Assembly (NCBI GenBank): GCA_015071005.1
Contig: SVIG01000007.1
Coordinates: forward strand, 14,523 to 78,522
Direction: 5' to 3'
From: Clostridiales bacterium
Lineage (GTDB): Bacteria; Bacillota; Clostridia; Christensenellales; Borkfalkiaceae
DNA length: 64,000 nt
In this document: in pieces, positions 55,011 to 64,000 of the stretch
How positions within the stretch are numbered: the stretch's first letter is position 1
Layout of the letters: each line of letters starts with the position of its first letter
Position numbers and translations under genes: made by a program
The notes under the pieces: model-generated
The model's input: the letters and a program-made list of their open reading frames with translations, nothing else
Told to the model about the DNA's origin: nothing
Databases searched by the model: none

Positions 55011-56120
55011 ATGCAAATGAAAAACGCGTGTGTTGTATTACGAAAAAGAATGATTGCAGGCAATGTGGGTGAAAACGCCGTCCTGCAAGCTTTTTCCGCG
55101 CGCGGCTACACCTTTTCGGAGATGTACGTATTTGACTATTTGAACGAAAGCAAAATCCGAGAAACGTTATCGTGTTTGCAAAAATCCATGGAAAACGTAC
55201 TGCTTTTAGCGGATAAGAGAGTGTTGTCTATCGCAAGAAACTATATATCCGAAGTCTATCCCAACGTATTTCCGCAAGGGGAAATGGTAACTGCGGGGAT
55301 TTTTGGCGATCAAAAACATAATTTGTTCTTGCTTTCTGCCGATGATACAGAGACGGGGACGATGTATGCAAAACAGGCGTGTTTGCCCGTTTTGGATAAG
55401 AAATACGGAGTTTCTTCCGAGCGGCTTGTTATTCGAGCTATGGGCGCGAACGAGGCGCGTGTAGAAGCATTGATTCGTGAAACTGAAAATCTTGCAAAAA
55501 ATGCAATTTCATGTACCCATGTCCGCGATTACGACGATTCAAGGATTGAAATTGCCTATAATAATACACTCTCAAAAGGTGTGGTTGACGGCATATTAAG
55601 ACTGTTCGTAGACGGGTTAGGCGATAGCGTGTATGCGCTTGACGATACGCCAATCAATGAGCAACTTATCCACTTGCTTAAATTGCGAAAGCTAAGAATT
55701 AGCGTTGCAGAATCTTTTACGGGCGGTGGAGTAGCGAGAAAACTTACCGCTGTTTCTGGGGCAAGCGAGGTGTACTTTGAGGGATTAAATACCTATAACG
55801 AGCGTTCAAAATTAAAGCGTTTAGGGGTTTCCGAATATACGTTGCGCACCTTTGGTGCGGTATCCGATCAATGTGCCTATGAAATGTGCGCTGGATTGTT
55901 AAAAACGGGAGATTGCGAGCTTGCGATTTCTACAACGGGGCTAGCAGGTCCAAATACGGATAAATCTATGCTCCCAGTAGGCTTGTGTTACGTAGCGGTA
56001 GGGACGAAAGAACGAATTTTTGTGTATCGTTATAAGTTCGACGGTTCACGAGCGGATATTTCGGAAAAAGCAATCAATTACGCTTTGTTTTTGGCGTATA
56101 AGCACGCAAAAAATTTGTAA
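55011..56120 (+). CDS. cinA: CinA-like protein (PncC-type C-terminal domain, divergent N-terminal domain)
   Basis: The C-terminal half has AESFTGG and GLAGP motifs. It sits between pgsA and recA. The ATG at 55017 is an alternative start. Confidence 0.75.
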   Translation: MQMKNACVVLRKRMIAGNVGENAVLQAFSARGYTFSEMYVFDYLNESKIRETLSCLQKSMENVLLLADKRVLSIARNYISEVYPNVFPQGEMVTAGIFGDQKHNLFLLSADDTETGTMYAKQACLPVLDKKYGVSSERLVIRAMGANEARVEALIRETENLAKNAISCTHVRDYDDSRIEIAYNNTLSKGVVDGILRLFVDGLGDSVYALDDTPINEQLIHLLKLRKLRISVAESFTGGGVARKLTAVSGASEVYFEGLNTYNERSKLKRLGVSEYTLRTFGAVSDQCAYEMCAGLLKTGDCELAISTTGLAGPNTDKSMLPVGLCYVAVGTKERIFVYRYKFDGSRADISEKAINYALFLAYKHAKNL

Positions 56121-56146
56121 AGAAAAAATAATTAGGAGATAAATCA

Positions 56147-57169
56147 ATGGCAAACGAAAAGAACACGGAAAAAATGAAGGCGCTTGACGCCGTATTGTTG
56201 CAAATTGAAAAACAGTACGGTAAAGGCTCAATTATGCGCCTTGGCGAAGCGGCAGGACAAACGGAAATCGAAGTTATCCCTTCGGGTTGTCTTACACTTG
56301 ACTTGGCGTTAGGGATCGGCGGTTTTCCTCGCGGTAGAATTATCGAAATCTACGGTCCTGAGTCTTCTGGTAAAACGACGGTTGCGTTGCACGCGATTGC
56401 AGAAGCGCAAAAAATGGGCGGCGTTGCGGCGTTTATCGACGCGGAACACGCGCTTGACCCCGTTTATGCGAAGAAACTTGGCGTAAACTTGGAAGAGCTT
56501 TATATTTCTCAGCCCGATACTGGCGAACAAGCGTTGGATATCACAGACGCGCTCGTTAGAAGCTCGGCTGTGGATATTATCGTTATCGACTCGGTGGCAG
56601 CGCTCACCCCGAAAGCGGAAATTGAAGGAGATATGGGGGATACACACGTTGGTTTACAGGCGAGATTGATGTCGCAAGCGCTCCGCAAGTTGACGGCGAT
56701 TGTCAATAAGTCCAAGACCTGCGTTATCTTTATTAACCAGCTTCGTGAAAAAGTGGGAATTATGTTTGGTAATCCCGAAACGACGCCTGGTGGTAAAGCC
56801 TTGAAATTCTATGCAAGTATGCGTTTGGATATCCGTAAAACGGATACGTTGAAAGACGCGGACGGCGCTATGGGTAATAGAACGAAAGCGAAAATCGTTA
56901 AGAATAAGCTTGCGCCCCCTTTCCGTCAGGCGGAATTTGATATTGTTTTCGGCGAAGGTATTTCGCAGGAAGGCTGTATTATGGATATGGGCGTGCAATA
57001 CGACATCATCGGCAAGAGCGGTGCGTTCTATAATTATGAAGGTAATAAAATAGCGCAAGGCAAAGAAAAGATGAGACAATTCTTAAAGGACAACCCTGAA
57101 ATTCGTGCTGAAATCGAGCAAAAAATTCGTGACGTTGCGAAAGGTAAGACGGAAATCGTAGAAGAATAA
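56147..57169 (+). CDS. recA: recombinase RecA
   Basis: 340 aa with GPESSGKTT and the canonical RecA sequence throughout. Confidence 0.98.
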   Translation: MANEKNTEKMKALDAVLLQIEKQYGKGSIMRLGEAAGQTEIEVIPSGCLTLDLALGIGGFPRGRIIEIYGPESSGKTTVALHAIAEAQKMGGVAAFIDAEHALDPVYAKKLGVNLEELYISQPDTGEQALDITDALVRSSAVDIIVIDSVAALTPKAEIEGDMGDTHVGLQARLMSQALRKLTAIVNKSKTCVIFINQLREKVGIMFGNPETTPGGKALKFYASMRLDIRKTDTLKDADGAMGNRTKAKIVKNKLAPPFRQAEFDIVFGEGISQEGCIMDMGVQYDIIGKSGAFYNYEGNKIAQGKEKMRQFLKDNPEIRAEIEQKIRDVAKGKTEIVEE

Positions 57170-57174
57170 TAAAA

Positions 57175-57209
57175 AGCGGAAATAGCTGCGTGCTGTTTCC
57201 GCTTTTTAT
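57175..57209 (+). terminator. intrinsic terminator after recA
   Basis: Stem GCGGAAA/TTTCCGC followed by TTTTT. Confidence 0.7.
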
Positions 57210-57253
57210 TGCTAATTTTTTTATGAAATAAAAAACTATTTTTTCTCAAACCA

Positions 57254-57282
57254 TTGACTTTTTTTCAATAATATTGTACAAT
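57254..57282 (+). promoter_or_regulatory. sigma-70 promoter of rny
   Basis: TTGACT, 17-nt spacer, TACAAT. Confidence 0.5.
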
Positions 57283-57377
57283 AGATTCGATAGAAAAAAT
57301 TATAAGTCGGATTTTAGGCGAAATCCGTTGAAATAATGGTTTTATCAAATCAATTTTAATCAGGAGGCACAAATACT

Positions 57378-58994
57378 ATGCAAAACGTTAATTTGAGCGT
57401 CCTGTTTCTCGCGTCTGCGGTGAACGTAGGCGTTGCAATCGGTATCGCAGTTGCTGCACTTTTGGTGGGTTGTATTGTAAGTGTTCTCATTTACAAAGCA
57501 ATCACGAAGAAGAAAGTTGGTTCCGCAAAAGAGCAAGTAGGGAAAATACTTTCCGATGCGAAAGCGGAAGCGGACCAAATCAAAGCGCAAAGCAGGGAAG
57601 AAAGCAAGCGTGCATTAAAAGAAGCATTGCTTGAAGCAAAGGAACAGGACTTAAAATTAAGAAATGAATTCGAACGCGACACGAAAGAAAAGAAAGCGGA
57701 AATCCAAAGAATGGAGCAACGCTTGACGCAAAAAGAGGATGCGCTCGAAAAGAAAACGGAAGCTCTTGAACAGCAAAAGGCAAATCTTCATAAAAAAGAA
57801 GAAGAAATCGAAGTATTGCAGCAAAAATTAAGTTCGCAACACGAACTTATGATTCAAGAACTTGAAAAGGTAGCACAATTAAGCAAAGAAGAGGCGAAGA
57901 AGCTTTTGACGGAAGAAATTTTAGATGAAACCCGTCACGACGTTGCGATTCAAGTCCGCAATCTTGAACAACAGGCAAAAGATGAAGCGGATATGAATGC
58001 AAAGAAGATTATTTCGCTTGCTATTCAAAAATGCGCGGCAGATCAAGCTTCGGAGATCACCGTTTCTGTCGTGCCCCTTCCCAACGATGATATGAAAGCA
58101 CGTATCATTGGCCGTGAAGGTAGAAATATCCGCGCCCTTGAAAATGCAACGGGTATCGAGCTTATTATCGATGATACGCCTGAAGTGGTTATTCTTTCGG
58201 GTTTTGATCCCGTAAGACGTGAAATTGCAAGATTATCGCTTGAAAAATTGATCAACGACGGTCGAATCCATCCCGCTCGTATTGAAGAAACGGTAGAAAA
58301 AGTTTCTCGCGAAATGGATATGCAAATCAAAGAAGCAGGCGAAGCGGCAGTCTTTGAAGCAGGCATTTTCGGGCTTCACCCTGAGCTTATTAAGCTCATT
58401 GGCCGCTTGAAGTTTAGAACGAGCTACGGTCAAAACGTTTATAAACACTCGGTCGAAGTTTCTATGCTTGCCGGTATGATGGCAGCAGAGCTTGGGTTGG
58501 ACGTAAACTTTGCAAAACGCGCAGGCTTGTTGCACGATATCGGTAAAGCGGTGGATCAGGAACAAGAAGGTACGCACATTCAAATCGGTGCGGATCTCGC
58601 GAAGAAATACAAAGAAAATGCGAATATTGTGAACGCGATTATGGCGCACCACGGTGACGTCGAACCGAAAACGATTGAAGCGGTGCTTATCCAAGCGGCT
58701 GACGCAATTTCCGGCGCGCGCCCTGGCGCAAGACGTGAAATGGGCTCGAACTACGTGAAACGTTTGGAAAGATTGGAAGAAATCGCTTCCAGCTTCCACG
58801 GCGTAGAAAAGAGCTATGCAATTCAAGCAGGCCGTGAAGTCCGCGTCATTGTAAAACCCGAACAGGTTGACGACGCGCAAGCAATGTTCTTGGCGAAAGA
58901 TATTGCAAAGAAGATTGAAACGGAGCTTGAATATCCCGGTCAAATCAAAGTCAACGTTATCCGCGAATTCCGCGGCGTTGAATACGCGAAATAA
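57378..58994 (+). CDS. rny: ribonuclease Y
   Basis: 538 aa with an N-terminal TM segment, a coiled coil, a KH domain ([10 protein letters not shown]) and an HD domain (LLHDIGK). Confidence 0.95.
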   Translation: MQNVNLSVLFLASAVNVGVAIGIAVAALLVGCIVSVLIYKAITKKKVGSAKEQVGKILSDAKAEADQIKAQSREESKRALKEALLEAKEQDLKLRNEFERDTKEKKAEIQRMEQRLTQKEDALEKKTEALEQQKANLHKKEEEIEVLQQKLSSQHELMIQELEKVAQLSKEEAKKLLTEEILDETRHDVAIQVRNLEQQAKDEADMNAKKIISLAIQKCAADQASEITVSVVPLPNDDMKARIIGREGRNIRALENATGIELIIDDTPEVVILSGFDPVRREIARLSLEKLINDGRIHPARIEETVEKVSREMDMQIKEAGEAAVFEAGIFGLHPELIKLIGRLKFRTSYGQNVYKHSVEVSMLAGMMAAELGLDVNFAKRAGLLHDIGKAVDQEQEGTHIQIGADLAKKYKENANIVNAIMAHHGDVEPKTIEAVLIQAADAISGARPGARREMGSNYVKRLERLEEIASSFHGVEKSYAIQAGREVRVIVKPEQVDDAQAMFLAKDIAKKIETELEYPGQIKVNVIREFRGVEYAK

Positions 58995-58995
58995 A

Positions 58996-59036
58996 AAAAG
59001 CAACACTCCCTTCCGTGGAAGGGAGTGTTTTTATTT
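58996..59036. terminator. bidirectional terminator between rny and the convergent operon
   Basis: Stem AACACTCCCTTCC/GGAAGGGAGTGTT, flanked by an A-run and a T-run. Confidence 0.8.
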
Positions 59037-59038
59037 TA

Positions 59039-60121
59039 TCAGTTGGATAGATTGGCAATGATGTATTGTAAATCATCGTTAGCATACTTGGATTTTTTAT
59101 TTGGAATTGTCAATAATTCGCGTGCTATGTAGAGCAAATATTCGTTGTTAATTGGCTTTGGAGCGCCCAGCAAAGCAATGAAATTTTCGCGATAAATTTT
59201 GTCGCGGATTTTTTCATTTAAGTCAATGCCGTAGAAGGCTTCGTCTAAATATTGATGCCGTTTGTCAGTTTCCAAGAACCGCCGCAAAAAATCAGGGCGA
59301 CGGCGGAAAGCTATTTCCCAGTTTTTATCTTTGGGGAAAGCGTAAAAATCCGTGCCGTAAAGAATACGATTTTGATATTTTTCCCAGAATGGAAGCCAAG
59401 TCTTCCATTCTTTTTGCATATTGATTAGTTGTTCGCCACCAGGGGTGATATCAAAAAGGGTGTTCGGGAAAGAGAGGAAGCGTTCCGCTTCGGAAAGGTC
59501 ATAGCTCATAAATCCAAAATGCGCAAGAATAAGCTTTAATTTAGGAAATTTCTCTAAAATTCGGAAGAGTTGCGCGGTAATTTCTCTTTTTGTAGGGAAG
59601 GAAGCATTGTATACGCGCCCTGCTTGTATTGCGTCAACACTTGCCGTTTCGATATCCCAATTTTCTTTGGGGTTTGCTAAGTGCATAAGAATTGGATAGC
59701 CGTTTTCTTCCATAAAGCCATAAAAAGAATCGTACACGGGGCTGTCTAACGGCAGTTGCCATGCTTTTAATAGGGAAGGGTATCCTTCTAACATTTTGAT
59801 ACCGTCGTAGCCGTTTGCCAAATATTCTTTTGCTTGCTGTAAAAAGTTTTGCGCAATAGCCTTAACGTTGGTGTGTTCGTTTGGATGCACTAAACCTGCA
59901 AATGCATAGGCATTTGGAGAAAAGACTTGTTTTAAGTATAAGCCTTTTATATTTTGTAATTCATCATATACAACCAAATCGTCTTCAACTTCATGAGGTA
60001 AGCTTAAAAAACAGTATTTTTCCGTTCCCGTTTGAGCAAATTCTTCCTTGAAGATGGCAATTGTTTCTTCAAGCGGAAGTTCAAAAGTATAATGTATATG
60101 GAGATCAAAAACTTTTCCCAT
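59039..60121 (-). CDS. amidohydrolase-family metal-dependent hydrolase
   Basis: 360 aa. An N-terminal DLHIH motif and a TIM-barrel hydrolase-like pattern. Confidence 0.65.
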   Translation of the reverse strand: MGKVFDLHIHYTFELPLEETIAIFKEEFAQTGTEKYCFLSLPHEVEDDLVVYDELQNIKGLYLKQVFSPNAYAFAGLVHPNEHTNVKAIAQNFLQQAKEYLANGYDGIKMLEGYPSLLKAWQLPLDSPVYDSFYGFMEENGYPILMHLANPKENWDIETASVDAIQAGRVYNASFPTKREITAQLFRILEKFPKLKLILAHFGFMSYDLSEAERFLSFPNTLFDITPGGEQLINMQKEWKTWLPFWEKYQNRILYGTDFYAFPKDKNWEIAFRRRPDFLRRFLETDKRHQYLDEAFYGIDLNEKIRDKIYRENFIALLGAPKPINNEYLLYIARELLTIPNKKSKYANDDLQYIIANLSN

Positions 60122-60150
60122 AGCGTTCCTCGAATTATAAATTTAATTCA

Positions 60151-60570
60151 TTAAAATGAAAGGTGCTTTCCGCGACGTAAATCGTTTATTTTTTTTGCGA
60201 CTGTTTCACAATCAGCAACAAAGCCGTATTTATATTTTTTTGTTTTTGTTTGAATCGTGACAGAGCCCCAAGTATAGCTTATACGAATGTTCCACGCTTC
60301 AAAATAGAAGACTTCGGTTATATCTTTTAGTGCTATAATAACATTTTTTGGTAAAAGGAGATTTCTATTTTCGTCAAGAGAAATAATGATTGACGGAATA
60401 GAAAAATACCAAACGACAAATCCTATGCACCCAATAGCAAAGGCTGCGCCCATAAAGAGTAAAATTTTCACCTCAAAAGCGATACCAAGTACAAGCATAG
60501 CAACACCGAGCAGGAACAAGAGTATAAACATAACACCTGCGGCGTGTTTTTTCTTAGCGATTACTTTCAT
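60151..60570 (-). CDS. small membrane protein (2-3 TM segments plus a soluble C-terminal domain)
   Basis: 139-aa ORF immediately upstream of, and co-oriented with, the amidohydrolase gene. Confidence 0.6.
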   Translation of the reverse strand: MKVIAKKKHAAGVMFILLFLLGVAMLVLGIAFEVKILLFMGAAFAIGCIGFVVWYFSIPSIIISLDENRNLLLPKNVIIALKDITEVFYFEAWNIRISYTWGSVTIQTKTKKYKYGFVADCETVAKKINDLRRGKHLSF

Positions 60571-60702
60571 TATTGTCTTCTCCTAAGATGGTTCTTTTGA
60601 TGTTATTATAACACAATGTTTATTATTTTTCAATATTTTTTTATGAATTATTTGTTAGGAGTTCGGCGAAAAGAAAAGAACTTTCCGTGTGGGAAGTTCT
60701 TT

Positions 60703-60786
60703 TGGAGCTACTAGGCGGATTTGTAAGGAGCGAAGCGACGGAATAGCGTAGCGTCCTCATGCCGACCTCGTCCAAAAAAGGACGTG
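60703..60786 (-). pseudogene. degenerate partial copy of tRNA-Thr (3' portion only, with a 37-nt insertion in the T arm)
   Basis: It shares TGGAGCTACTAGGCGGATTTG and GCCGACCTCGTCC...GGACG with the intact gene. The anticodon loop is replaced by TTTTTT, there is no D arm or 5' acceptor strand, and its own terminator hairpin lies at about 60672-60702. Confidence 0.6.
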
Positions 60787-60818
60787 TAAAGAAAAAAGAA
60801 CGCTTTGATTAGCGTTCT

Positions 60819-60894
<76 letters not shown>

Positions 60895-60913
60895 ATTTAT
60901 TGATTACTATGAC

Positions 60914-60942
60914 ATTATAGTTAAAAAGAGAAAAAAAGTCAA
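60914..60942 (-). promoter_or_regulatory. consensus promoter of tRNA-Thr
   Basis: The minus strand reads TTGACT, 17-nt spacer, TATAAT. The tRNA 5' end lies 19 nt downstream. Confidence 0.65.
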
Positions 60943-61023
60943 GCCGAAAAGGTGTGTTTTTCAAAAAAAATTCAACAATTCAAAAAATGTTGTCTTTTTA
61001 TCCGTATATCCTTAAAATGGGTA

Positions 61024-61059
61024 TTGCAATTTTGAAAGGACTATGCTATAATATAGCAT
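61024..61059 (+). promoter_or_regulatory. promoter of the ABC exporter gene, overlapped by an 8-1-8 palindrome
   Basis: TTGCAA (61024-61029), 17-nt spacer, TATAAT (61047-61052). The palindrome ATGCTATA-A-TATAGCAT spans 61043-61059. Confidence 0.5.
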
Positions 61060-61093
61060 ATATTTAACGAAAGTAAAGTGAGTAGCGCTGAAA

Positions 61094-62821
61094 ATGAAAA
61101 TGTTAAAGCGATTTTTCAAATATTATAAGCCGCACAAGAAAATGTTTTTCTTTGATTTAACGTGCGCATTTTTGATTTCTATTTGTAATATTTTCTATCC
61201 GATGATCGCGCGAACTATTATGGATGAATACGTGCCGAATGAAAACGTGCGCTTGCTACTTACGTGGGCTGCTGTTATGGCGGCGATTTATATTGTAAAG
61301 GGTATTTTGACCTATATTGTCGCGTATTGGGGGCACGTACTCGGTGTGAAAATACAGGGGGATATGCGTAGGGATTTGTTCCAACATATTGAAACCTTGC
61401 CATATTCTTATTTTGATGAAAATCAAACGGGCAGTATTATGTCGAGATTGGTAAACGATCTGTTTGAGGTGTCCGAGCTTGCCCATCATGCGCCCGAAGA
61501 CATTTTTAATTCGTTTATTTCCGTGATTGGTGCAATCATTATGTTATCGACGATCAACGGTTGGCTTGCATTGATTGTTCTTTGTTACATTCCTTTAATG
61601 ATTATCTTTGCTGCCAAAGCGCGAAGAAGAATGCATAGCGCGTTTAGCGATTCGAGAAAAAAAGTCGCAATGCTGAACGCTGAAATTGAATCTTCAATCT
61701 CGGGTGTGCGTGTGACGAAAGCGTATAACGCAACGGATAGCGAGTGTGAAAAATTCGATCGAGTTAACGGGGAATTTAAGAAAGCAAGAGCCAACGCATA
61801 TAAGGCAATGGGGATATTTCACACGGGCATGTCCGTGTTTAACGATTTCTTATATTGGATTGCGCTCATATCCGGCGGCTTGCTTTGCTTGTTTCAAAAA
61901 ATCAATATTGCGGATTTTACAGCATACATATTATATATAACGATGCTCTTGACTCCCATCCGCACACTCATCAATCTTTTTGAACAAATTCAAGACGGTA
62001 TGACTGGTTTTAGTCGTTTTTGTGAAATTATGGATACATCGCCCGAATACGAGCCCGAAAACCCTGTGGATTCTGAGCTTGAGGGCGATATTGTATTTAC
62101 AAACGTCAACTTTGGCTATAAGTCTGCGGACGGAAAGGACGCGGAAGTCCTTAAGAACGTCTCTTTTACGGTTAGACAAGGGGAAACGTTGGCGTTAGTT
62201 GGTGCGTCTGGGGGCGGTAAAACGACGATTTGTAATCTTTTACCGAGATTTTATTTGTGTGAAGACGGGGAAATCCGTATTGGAGAAACAAATATTAACG
62301 ACGTGGCAACGCAGGTCCTTCGTAAGAAAATTGCCGTCGTTTCGCAGGACGTTTTCTTGTTTGCAGGTACGGTGCGGGATAATATTCTCTACGGCACAAC
62401 GGATAAAACGGATGAAGATATGATTCTTGCGGCGAAACGTGCGAATATTCACGAATACGTTATGACTTTGCCAAACGGCTATGATACTGAAGTGGGTGAG
62501 CGCGGCGTAAAGCTTTCTGGAGGGCAAAAACAACGCATCTCGATAGCGCGTGCCTTTTTGAAAAAATCGCCGATTTTGATTTTAGATGAAGCGACAAGCG
62601 CGCTTGATAATATGACGGAAATGCAAATTCAAAGCGCGTTGTCGGAATTGGCAATCGGCAGAACGACGATTGTTGTTGCGCATCGTCTTTCTACTGTTAA
62701 AAACGCGGATACGATCCTTGTTTTAACGGATGGCGTTATCACCGAGTGCGGTTCGCATGAGGAATTGGTGGCAAATGGCGGTACGTATGCCGAGCTTTAC
62801 CGTTATCAATTTAAGGAATAA
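61094..62821 (+). CDS. ABC transporter, fused permease/ATPase (MsbA/multidrug-exporter type)
   Basis: 575 aa with 6 TM segments. Walker A GASGGGKTT, signature LSGGQKQR and Walker B ILILDEATS. Confidence 0.9.
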   Translation: MKMLKRFFKYYKPHKKMFFFDLTCAFLISICNIFYPMIARTIMDEYVPNENVRLLLTWAAVMAAIYIVKGILTYIVAYWGHVLGVKIQGDMRRDLFQHIETLPYSYFDENQTGSIMSRLVNDLFEVSELAHHAPEDIFNSFISVIGAIIMLSTINGWLALIVLCYIPLMIIFAAKARRRMHSAFSDSRKKVAMLNAEIESSISGVRVTKAYNATDSECEKFDRVNGEFKKARANAYKAMGIFHTGMSVFNDFLYWIALISGGLLCLFQKINIADFTAYILYITMLLTPIRTLINLFEQIQDGMTGFSRFCEIMDTSPEYEPENPVDSELEGDIVFTNVNFGYKSADGKDAEVLKNVSFTVRQGETLALVGASGGGKTTICNLLPRFYLCEDGEIRIGETNINDVATQVLRKKIAVVSQDVFLFAGTVRDNILYGTTDKTDEDMILAAKRANIHEYVMTLPNGYDTEVGERGVKLSGGQKQRISIARAFLKKSPILILDEATSALDNMTEMQIQSALSELAIGRTTIVVAHRLSTVKNADTILVLTDGVITECGSHEELVANGGTYAELYRYQFKE

Positions 62822-62932
62822 ATTGATAAGAAGTTTCATCAATAGAAGTGCGCTTAATTTTTCAAAAGATAGGGGCATGTATGCGTTGAAATTAAAAACA
62901 AGGTGATATAGAGTTAACTTTTGGGGTGAAAA

Positions 62933-63580
62933 ATGAAAGAATTATTGTTTGAAAGTAGAATTTTATTGGATATTTTACTTGCCGTTGCATTGGGCTTTAC
63001 TATCGGTTTAGAAAGAAGACTTCGTAGTAAAGAAGCTGGGATTAGAACGCATACGATTGTTTGCGTTGGGTCAGCGCTCTTGATGGTTGTTTCGAAATAT
63101 GCGTTTGGGGACGCGGCGGATTCCGCGCGCGTTGCAGCGCAAATTGTTTCTGGCGTGGGCTTCCTTGGCGCAGGGATGATCGTTTATAAAAGGAACGAAG
63201 TATACGGTTTAACGACGGCGGCTGGCGTGTGGGCAACGGCGGGCGTTGGTATGGCTTGCGGCGGTAGACTTTATTACGTGGCAATCGGCGCAACGATCAT
63301 TTTGATTGGTTTTCAATTTTTATTCCACGCGCCCATATTCCGCAATAAAAAAACTTATTCGGTAAATATTGAGTTTATTCAAACGGAAAGTGAAAACAAA
63401 ATTATTAAAGGAATATTCGGCACGGATCGTTTTAATCATCTCATCATTAAAAGGCGTGATAGTGACGTGATTTATAGCGCAACGCTGAATACCGACAAGG
63501 AATTCTCGTCCACTCGTTTGAATGAAATTATGGCGGAGAATCCGTTCATTTTGTCGATTGTCCGTTGTGAAAACGATTAA
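62933..63580 (+). CDS. mgtC: MgtC/SapB-family membrane protein
   Basis: 215 aa. The N-terminal hydrophobic MgtC domain (GLERRLRSKEAGIRTH) is followed by a soluble ACT-like C-terminus. Confidence 0.8.
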   Translation: MKELLFESRILLDILLAVALGFTIGLERRLRSKEAGIRTHTIVCVGSALLMVVSKYAFGDAADSARVAAQIVSGVGFLGAGMIVYKRNEVYGLTTAAGVWATAGVGMACGGRLYYVAIGATIILIGFQFLFHAPIFRNKKTYSVNIEFIQTESENKIIKGIFGTDRFNHLIIKRRDSDVIYSATLNTDKEFSSTRLNEIMAENPFILSIVRCEND

Positions 63581-63877
63581 ATTTTCCAAGGTTGCGATTT
63601 TTGCGTAAAAAAATACACCCTACCGCATATTGCAGTAAGATGTATTTTGGCAGGGGCTATAAGAATTACTCGAAGGGAGAGTATTTCCACATATTTTTGA
63701 TTATTTGCGTATAAAACGCCTTAAATCTCGTTAAAAATCATGTATTTTTTGCGGGATTTTTTTATTTTTTTCAAAATTTTTCTTGGAACTTTAAAATAAT
63801 TTTTATTTCGAGATAAAATACTAAAAATTGATAAAAAATGAATTTAAGAAATCTGTCGTTATATTCACATAATACGG

Positions 63878-63906
63878 TTGAAAAAGGATGAAATTCATGG
63901 TATAAT
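63878..63906 (+). promoter_or_regulatory. sigma-70 promoter for the gene starting at 63974
   Basis: TTGAAA, 17-nt spacer, TATAAT. Confidence 0.5.
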
Positions 63907-63973
63907 AAGGTGTCAAATTTCAGAAAGGGAATTATGCTTTTCTACATGCATAAATTGCAAGAGAGGCTTATCA

Positions 63974-64000
63974 ATGAAAATTCAGGTTGGAACAGTTTTA
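63974..64000 (+). CDS. start of an unidentified CDS (only 9 codons inside the window)
   Basis: ATG preceded by AGAGAGG. It translates to MKIQVGTVL. Confidence 0.35.

Overview
This 64-kb window looks like a chromosomal segment from a Firmicutes/Clostridia-like bacterium. That placement rests on gene content and order, such as rimO-pgsA-cinA-recA-rny and a dcw cluster. All calls come from manual reading of the sequence and ORF track; no searches were run, and RNA, promoter and terminator coordinates are accurate to a few nt.

Most of the window is core genome:
- a P-type ATPase behind a riboswitch-like leader
- RNase J, then trmR/trhP-like tRNA-modification genes
- asparaginase and two peptidases
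- a His-rich COG0523 metallochaperone pair
- gdhA and a potABCD operon with an XRE-cupin regulator
- rpsT and murI
- the dcw cluster (mraZ-rsmH-ftsL-pbp-murE-mraY-murD-ftsW-murA-ftsQ-ftsA-ftsZ), then murC and ftsK
- rimO, pgsA, cinA, recA, rny
- tRNA-Thr, an ABC exporter and mgtC

The clearly accessory part is about 16.1-24.2 kb. There a tRNA-Arg(CCU) gene is split at its anticodon loop: its 3' half lies at 16135-16178 and its 5' half at 24133-24171. Two insertions sit in tandem between them and share the 8-nt core CTTAGGAG.
- E1 (~2 kb) is AT-rich, has no integrase, is bounded by a 44-nt direct repeat, and carries one gene encoding a DEDDh exonuclease, two TerB-like repeats and a BRCT domain.
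- E2 (~6 kb) carries orphan Dcm and Dam-like methyltransferases and ICE-type hypothetical genes. It also carries a 47-aa integrase stump and its own intact tRNA-Arg(CCU).

No CRISPR array, rRNA, complete prophage or complete restriction-modification system was seen.
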